Source: an uncultured Fibrobacteria bacterium (lineage in GTDB: Bacteria > Fibrobacterota > Fibrobacteria > UBA11236). Taken from it: DNA of 64,000 bases. Both the position numbers and the translations under genes were made by a program. The stretch spans positions 928,001 through 992,000 of the forward strand of contig OY970309.1 of assembly GCA_963716395.1 (NCBI GenBank), given 5' to 3'. A model generated the notes under the pieces. That model was not told the DNA's origin, did no database searches, and saw only the letters and a list, made by a program, of their open reading frames with translations. This document shows positions 58,867 to 64,000 of the stretch, in pieces. Every line of letters starts with the position of its first letter. Positions within the stretch are counted from its first letter, which is position 1.

Positions 58867-59166
58867 TTGGATATTCTCAGTCATTTCGGAGACAAGCTCC
58901 GTCAGCGAATTCTGAAAAGCGGTTACGAAACCGTTGAGCTTTTCGCGCATGAAAACTCGATTCCCAAATCGACCTTGAGCGAAATTCTCAGCGGTAAAAA
59001 CGATCCGCGGCTCACGACCTTGTATAAAATCTGCGTGGCGCTCGAAACCACCCCTTCGGAGCTACTGAAGGATCCCTCGCTCGACACCTGGGTGCGCGAA
59101 GCGCAGGTGAATTACACCACTCGCACTCGCGGACGGAACGCCAAGAAAACCCGGAAACGGCGTTAG
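58867..59166 (+). CDS. XRE-family HTH transcriptional regulator
   Basis: FGDKLR...STLSEILSGKNDPRLTTLYKICVALETTPSELL. Confidence 0.85.
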   Translation: MDILSHFGDKLRQRILKSGYETVELFAHENSIPKSTLSEILSGKNDPRLTTLYKICVALETTPSELLKDPSLDTWVREAQVNYTTRTRGRNAKKTRKRR

Positions 59167-61020
59167 CTTTCGCCGCGAGCGCGATCGGCGGCGGCACCCG
59201 CAACTTTTTTGGCCAAGGCCTTGCCCACCACGCGCGTCAGCTCTTCGCGCGAGACCGCTTGTAACCGGGTTGGTGACTTGAAGGCCCGCAACAATTTCAT
59301 CTTGGTCTTTTCCCCCACACCCGGAATTGCGTCGAGCCAGGAGGCGGTGAGACGCGCGGGGCGTTTGCTGCGTTGAAAAGTGATGGCGAAGCGATGGGCT
59401 TCGTCGCGTACCTGTTGCAGGAGACGCAGCGCCGCCGAGGTTTTGGGCAACAAGCACCGCCTCGGGTTGCTGCGGCAAAAACACCTCTTCCAGTCGTTTG
59501 GCCAATCCCAGAATGGGCACCTCTTCGGCACCGGTTTCCAGTAAGGCTTCGCACGCCGCGCGCAATTGGCCTTTGCCGCCGTCGATGAGGATGAGGTCGG
59601 GGCGAGGTTGGTTCTCTTCGCGCAACCGGCGCAGGCGACGTCCCACCACTTCACGCATCGAGGCAAAATCGTCAATGCCCTCCACGGTTTTCACGTTGAA
59701 ATGCCGGTACTGCTTTTTGGCCGGCCGGCCGTTCTCGAACACCACCAGCGAGGCGACGGTATCGGTACCTGACAGATGCGAGATGTCGAAGCCTTCGATG
59801 TGCTGCGGCGGCGACGGCAGGCCCAAATCCTCCTGCAGGGCGGTGACGCGGTAATCCTGGCGGTTGCGCCGTTCGCGCCGCGCGATGTATTCGGTAAGCT
59901 GCACGCCCGCATTGGCAGTAGCCAAACGCATTTGTTGGTGCTTTTCGCCGCGCTGGGGTATTTCCAAGGTCACGGGCGCGCCCCGGATTTGGCGCAGCAG
60001 GGCCTCCATGTTCTCTTCTTCCACCGGCGCATGCGACAGCAGAATTTCGCGTGGAATTGCGCCCGGATTGCGGTCGAGGTAATAGACCTTGAGAAACCCG
60101 GTGAGGATGGCGCTTTCGTCCTGGTCGAGGGGCGCATGCACTTCAAAATGCTTGCGGTCGGTCAAGAACCCTTCGCGCACTTCGAGTACCACCACGCTGC
60201 CGATTTTGCCCAGGCGCTGGGCCGCGATCAAATCGCGCGGCTCCTGATCGGCGCCCAAATCCACCCGCTGGCGTTCCTGCACGGTTTCCAAATCGCGCAA
60301 CTGATCGCGCAGACGGGCCGCGGCTTCGAAGCGCTGCTCGGCCGCGGCCCGGCGCATGGAACCTTCGAGCGTGGCCTGCAATTCATGTCGCCGGCCGCGC
60401 AACAGCAGCACGGCTTCATCGACCAGCTTGCGGTAAGCGCCTGCGTCGATGAGATGGGCGCAGGGCGCGTCGCAGCGGCCCAGATGGTAGCTGAGGCAAG
60501 GCCGCACCGGTTCGGCTAGGGGCAGTTTGAGTTCGCAATCGCGCAGCCGGAACACCCGGTTCAGGAACTGAATGGTTTTGCGCATGGCCTTGGCGCTGGT
60601 GAAGGGGCCGAAAGTCAAATCTTGATTGCGTTCCGCGTGGCGCGTGACGACCAGGCGCGGGAATGTATCGGAAACCGTGACACGTATATACGGATAATGC
60701 TTGTCGTCCTTTAACTCGACGTTGTAGCGGGGCGCATGCCGCTTGGCCAGATTGGCTTCGAGAATGAGGGCTTCGGCTTCGTTGGCCGTGACGATCCACT
60801 CCATGTCGTAGGCCGCGGATCGCAGCACATGCGAAGCCAGGTGGTTGTCGGCCGCGGAGCCGGTGAAATAACTGCGCACGCGGTTGCGCAAATTCAAAGC
60901 CTTGCCGATGTAAATCACGTCGCCCCGGGCGTTCTTCATCAGGTACACGCCCGGAGACGCAGGAAGCAATTCAAGTTTTTCGGCAATGGCCGGCGCCACA
61001 TCCGCATCCGAAGAAGACAT
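59163..61020 (-). CDS. uvrC: Excinuclease ABC subunit C; +1 frameshift near 59454
   Basis: GIY-YIG (GVYLMK...YIGKA), FDISH and LIDGGKGQ; RDEAHRFAI and the HhH motif (IPGVG) lie in the adjacent frame. Confidence 0.94.
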
Positions 61021-61058
61021 GCGAATTAAATTAACCGCCGGGAACAGGCCGTAAAACA

Positions 61059-61083
61059 AAAACCCCGCCGGAGGCGGGGTTTT
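61059..61083 (-). terminator. Intrinsic terminator of the alpha operon
   Basis: AAAACCCCGCC-GGA-GGCGGGGTTTT downstream of rplQ. Confidence 0.9.
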
Positions 61084-61102
61084 AAAATGGGAAAGCCCGG
61101 AT

Positions 61103-61660
61103 TCAGGCTTCGGGCGCGGATTCGCCGTTGTCGGTAGCCGCTTCGGCCGGTTTGGAATCGACTGCGGACTCGGTCTTGGACTCGCTCTTGGTAATGTTCA
61201 ATTTTTTACCGGACGGCTTGGGTCGCTTGGATTTGCCTGCGGCTTTGGATGCCTTTTTGGGCTTGCGCGGATTAATTTCTTCTTCCACTAAGGTGATGAG
61301 GGCCTGTTCGCCGCTGTCGCCCACGCGCCGTTCGCCCAATTTCAAAACGCGCGTATACCCCCCGGCGCGCTTGGCGTAACGCTGTCCCAAATTGCCGAAC
61401 AGTTCCTGCAGAACTTTCGGGTCTTTGACGAAACGGGCGGCCTGGCGCCGGGCCGACAAATCGCCTTTCTTGGCATAGGTGATGAGTCGATCCACCAACC
61501 CGCGCACCACCTTGGCTTTGGCCACCGTGGTCACCACCCCGCGGCCCAGAGGCTCTTCTTTGAGTCCCTGGCGCAGTATCGACGTGGCGAGATTGTTCAG
61601 CATGCTTCGGCGATGGTCGGTATTGCGACCCAAACGGTTGCGGACGACTCCGTGTCTCAT
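61103..61660 (-). CDS. rplQ: 50S ribosomal protein L17 with a C-terminal extension
   Basis: MRHG...LGR..DHR, TTVAKAK and GGYTRVLK motifs. Confidence 0.96.
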   Translation of the reverse strand: MRHGVVRNRLGRNTDHRRSMLNNLATSILRQGLKEEPLGRGVVTTVAKAKVVRGLVDRLITYAKKGDLSARRQAARFVKDPKVLQELFGNLGQRYAKRAGGYTRVLKLGERRVGDSGEQALITLVEEEINPRKPKKASKAAGKSKRPKPSGKKLNITKSESKTESAVDSKPAEAATDNGESAPEA

Positions 61661-61717
61661 GGCGTGTTTCCTTGCTGGGCCGGACGGCGCTCCGCGCCGA
61701 GCCTCCGGCCGCGGCTG

Positions 61718-62692
61718 CTACTGTTCGTCTCCGAGGTAATAGTCGACATCCATGCCGAAACGCAACCCCATGTTGCTCAAAACTTCGTTCAATTCGATCA
61801 GCGATTTGCGGCCGAAGTTCTTGTATTTGAGCATTTCGCTTTCCTGGTTACGCACCAAGTCCGAGAGCGTATGGATGTTGGCGCAGCGCAGGCAGTTGCT
61901 GGATCGCACCGACAATTCCAACTCGTCGACGCGCATCTTGAGCAATTGCTTGACGCGTTCGCGCTCTTCGTCGCGCACCACCTCTTCGGGGGCTTCGAGA
62001 TCGCCCTCGAAATTGATCAGCATTTCCAAATGATCGACCAACAGCTTCGAGGCGTAGGCCATGGCGTCTTCGGGGTCGATGCTGCCGTCGGTCCACACTT
62101 CCATTTCCAGCCGGTTGAAGTCGGTGTGCTGGCCCACACGCGTGTCCGAGACCTCGTAGGCGACTTTGGAAACCGGACTGAAGTTGGCGTCGATGGGAAT
62201 GACGCCGATGGGATCTTCCTCACGCTTCAGCTCTTCGGACGGCACATAGCCGCGGCCGTCGGAAACCCGCAATTCCATGGTCAGGCTGCCGGTTTTGCTC
62301 AGGGTGGCGAGATGCAAATCGGGATTGAGGATTTGTACGGCCGGGTTTTTTTCGATGTGCTCGGCCCGCACTTCGCCTTCGCCCGACACGTCGATGCGCA
62401 AGGTGGCGTCTTCGTCGGAAAGTAATTTGACCCGCAGTCGCTTCAGATTGAGCAGGATTTCGGCCACATCTTCTTTTACGCCTTCGAGCGTCGAAAACTC
62501 GTGGCTGGCGCCATCGAAGCGCGCCGACACCACGGCCGCTCCCTGCAGATTCGAAAGCAGCACGCGGCGCAAACCATTGCCAAGGGTCACCCCCCAGCCT
62601 CGTTCCAGCGGTTCAATGACGAACTTGCCGTATTTTGAATCGCCTTTTTCCTTGACCAGGCCCTTGGGCATGTGCAGCGCTTTCCATTTCAT
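61718..62692 (-). CDS. rpoA: RNA polymerase alpha subunit
   Basis: EPLERGWGVTLGNGLRRVLLS, LELSVRSSNCL and KNFGRKSL motifs. Confidence 0.98.
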   Translation of the reverse strand: MKWKALHMPKGLVKEKGDSKYGKFVIEPLERGWGVTLGNGLRRVLLSNLQGAAVVSARFDGASHEFSTLEGVKEDVAEILLNLKRLRVKLLSDEDATLRIDVSGEGEVRAEHIEKNPAVQILNPDLHLATLSKTGSLTMELRVSDGRGYVPSEELKREEDPIGVIPIDANFSPVSKVAYEVSDTRVGQHTDFNRLEMEVWTDGSIDPEDAMAYASKLLVDHLEMLINFEGDLEAPEEVVRDEERERVKQLLKMRVDELELSVRSSNCLRCANIHTLSDLVRNQESEMLKYKNFGRKSLIELNEVLSNMGLRFGMDVDYYLGDEQ

Positions 62693-62725
62693 TGGATCGA
62701 TCCCTCTCGGTAATTGATTTCCCGC

Positions 62726-63181
62726 TCAGACGCGGCGGCGCTTTTTGGGACGGCACCCGTTATGCGGTACGCCGGTTGCGTCTTTAATGGACATGATTTC
62801 CATGCCCGCTATCTTGAGCGCACGGATGGCCGACTCGCGACCGGCTCCGGCACCCTTCACCCTCACATCCAACTTGCGCATGCCCATTTCATAGGCGGCC
62901 GTGGCGGCCGATTCGGCGGCCACCTGGGCGGCGAAAGGTGTGCTTTTGCGTGAACCTTTGAACCCCACCTTGCCCGGAGAACCCCAGGAGACCACGTTGC
63001 CACGGGCGTCGCTGATGGAAATGATGGTGTTGTTGAACGAGGCCTTCACGCTGCAAAGCCCCTGTACGTCGACCCTGCGCTTGACCTTCTTGACCTTGGC
63101 CTTGGCGTCGCCTTCTTTTGCGGCGCCTTCGGCTTCGGCGGCCGGGGCTTTGGTTTTCTCGGGTGTCTGTGTTTCGGCCAT
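62726..63181 (-). CDS. rpsK: 30S ribosomal protein S11
   Basis: [21 protein letters not shown] and [13 protein letters not shown] motifs. Confidence 0.98.
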   Translation of the reverse strand: MAETQTPEKTKAPAAEAEGAAKEGDAKAKVKKVKRRVDVQGLCSVKASFNNTIISISDARGNVVSWGSPGKVGFKGSRKSTPFAAQVAAESAATAAYEMGMRKLDVRVKGAGAGRESAIRALKIAGMEIMSIKDATGVPHNGCRPKKRRRV

Positions 63182-63187
63182 GGAATC

Positions 63188-63556
63188 CTACTTCTTCTTG
63201 TTGGCGATGGTCTTGCGCGGGCCCTTGCGGGTGCGCGCATTGGTTTTGGTGCGTTGCCCCCGCACCGGCAGGCCCTTGCGGTGGCGCAGGCCGCGGTAGC
63301 TGCCAATATCGACGAGGCGCTTGATGTTGACGGCTACCTGTGCGCGCAAATCGCCTTCGACCTGGTAGCCCGACTCAATCACGCGGCGGAGCTTGGCTAC
63401 ATCGTCTTCGGTCAGGTCGCCGGCTTTTTTGGCGGGATCGACCTTGGCTTTTTCCAGGATAACTTGCGCGTTACGGCGGCCGATGCCGTAGATATAGGTG
63501 AGGGCGATTTCGCACCTCTTGTTGCTGGGAATGTCGACGCCTGCAATGCGTGCCAT
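63188..63556 (-). CDS. rpsM: 30S ribosomal protein S13
   Basis: [10 protein letters not shown] and [18 protein letters not shown] motifs. Confidence 0.98.
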   Translation of the reverse strand: MARIAGVDIPSNKRCEIALTYIYGIGRRNAQVILEKAKVDPAKKAGDLTEDDVAKLRRVIESGYQVEGDLRAQVAVNIKRLVDIGSYRGLRHRKGLPVRGQRTKTNARTRKGPRKTIANKKK

Positions 63557-63561
63557 GTGGA

Positions 63562-63678
63562 TTACCCTTGCCTTTGCTTGTGCCGCGGATTTTTTTTGCA
63601 AATGACGCGCACCACGCCTTTGCGGCGCACGATTTTGCAATGTTCGCAACGCGGTTTAACCGATGCCCTGACTTTCAT
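63562..63678 (-). CDS. rpmJ: 50S ribosomal protein L36 (not in the ORF track)
   Basis: Manual translation: [38 protein letters not shown]. Confidence 0.97.
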   Translation of the reverse strand: MKVRASVKPRCEHCKIVRRKGVVRVICKKNPRHKQRQG

Positions 63679-63691
63679 GACTGCCAACCCT

Positions 63692-63910
63692 TCACTTGTG
63701 CCGATATGTAATACGGCCCCGGGTCAGGTCGTAGGGGGACAATTCTAACAACACGCGGTCATTCGGTAAAATGCGGATATAGTTCTTGCGCATTTTGCCG
63801 CTGATATGGGCCAAAATCACGTGTCCATTGTCCAATTCAACCTTGAACATGGCGTTCGGCAAAGCCTCGACCACGCGTCCCTCGACCTGAATTCCTTCTT
63901 GTTTCGACAC
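63692..63910 (-). CDS. infA: Translation initiation factor IF-1
   Basis: [16 protein letters not shown] and [10 protein letters not shown] motifs. Confidence 0.98.
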   Translation of the reverse strand: MSKQEGIQVEGRVVEALPNAMFKVELDNGHVILAHISGKMRKNYIRILPNDRVLLELSPYDLTRGRITYRHK

Positions 63911-64000
63911 TAATATCCCCTGCGACCGCGAATTTTGCCCCGCCGCAAGAAGCCGTCGTAATGCTGGTTCTGTAAATGCGTCTGGAACTGGCGGAGTGTG
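63910..64000 (-). CDS. secY: Preprotein translocase SecY, C-terminal end (partial)
   Basis: Manual translation [29 protein letters not shown] matches the SecY tail; position upstream of infA. Confidence 0.85.
   Translation of the reverse strand, partial: TLRQFQTHLQNQHYDGFLRRGKIRGRRGY

Noticed and set aside
58867-59166. XRE gene as a restriction-modification controller or antitoxin
   Set aside because: No methyltransferase, nuclease or toxin gene adjacent; the neighbours are thiE and uvrC.

Overview
A roughly 60-65% GC bacterial chromosome segment. A TIGR02147-family gene, the RpoA/L17 sequence style and CTD-bearing secreted proteins suggest Fibrobacterota (inference). Contents in order: the end of glmS; scpA/scpB; an Rrf2-led sulfur operon (sbp-cysT-cysW, two YeeE/YedE proteins, 1-Cys peroxiredoxin, no cysA); a surface-glycosylation set split by treX/treZ/treY; a CDF-DUF2147 fusion; lemA plus two TPM genes; livHMGF; a MarR locus with two matching palindromes; an Lcp/MpaB-like oxygenase and a Pyr4/PaxB-like membrane terpene cyclase divergent from an orphan membrane histidine kinase; nadE; dacB; an S1/P1 nuclease; a TIGR02147-lipoprotein module; rpmE-DUF1385-prfA-prmC; thiG, a GrpE-like gene and thiE; uvrC; and the end of the spc/alpha operon. 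Five genes carry single extra-base frameshifts that look like assembly errors. No rRNA, tRNA, CRISPR array or transposase was seen. The best candidate for an undescribed system is the oxygenase + cyclase + sensor kinase locus (34808-38380). Other leads are the 7-bp-periodic intergenic elements, the MarR mini-regulon, a structured RNA candidate upstream of thiG and frequent leaderless-type promoters. All protein calls come from motif recognition by eye; no searches were run.
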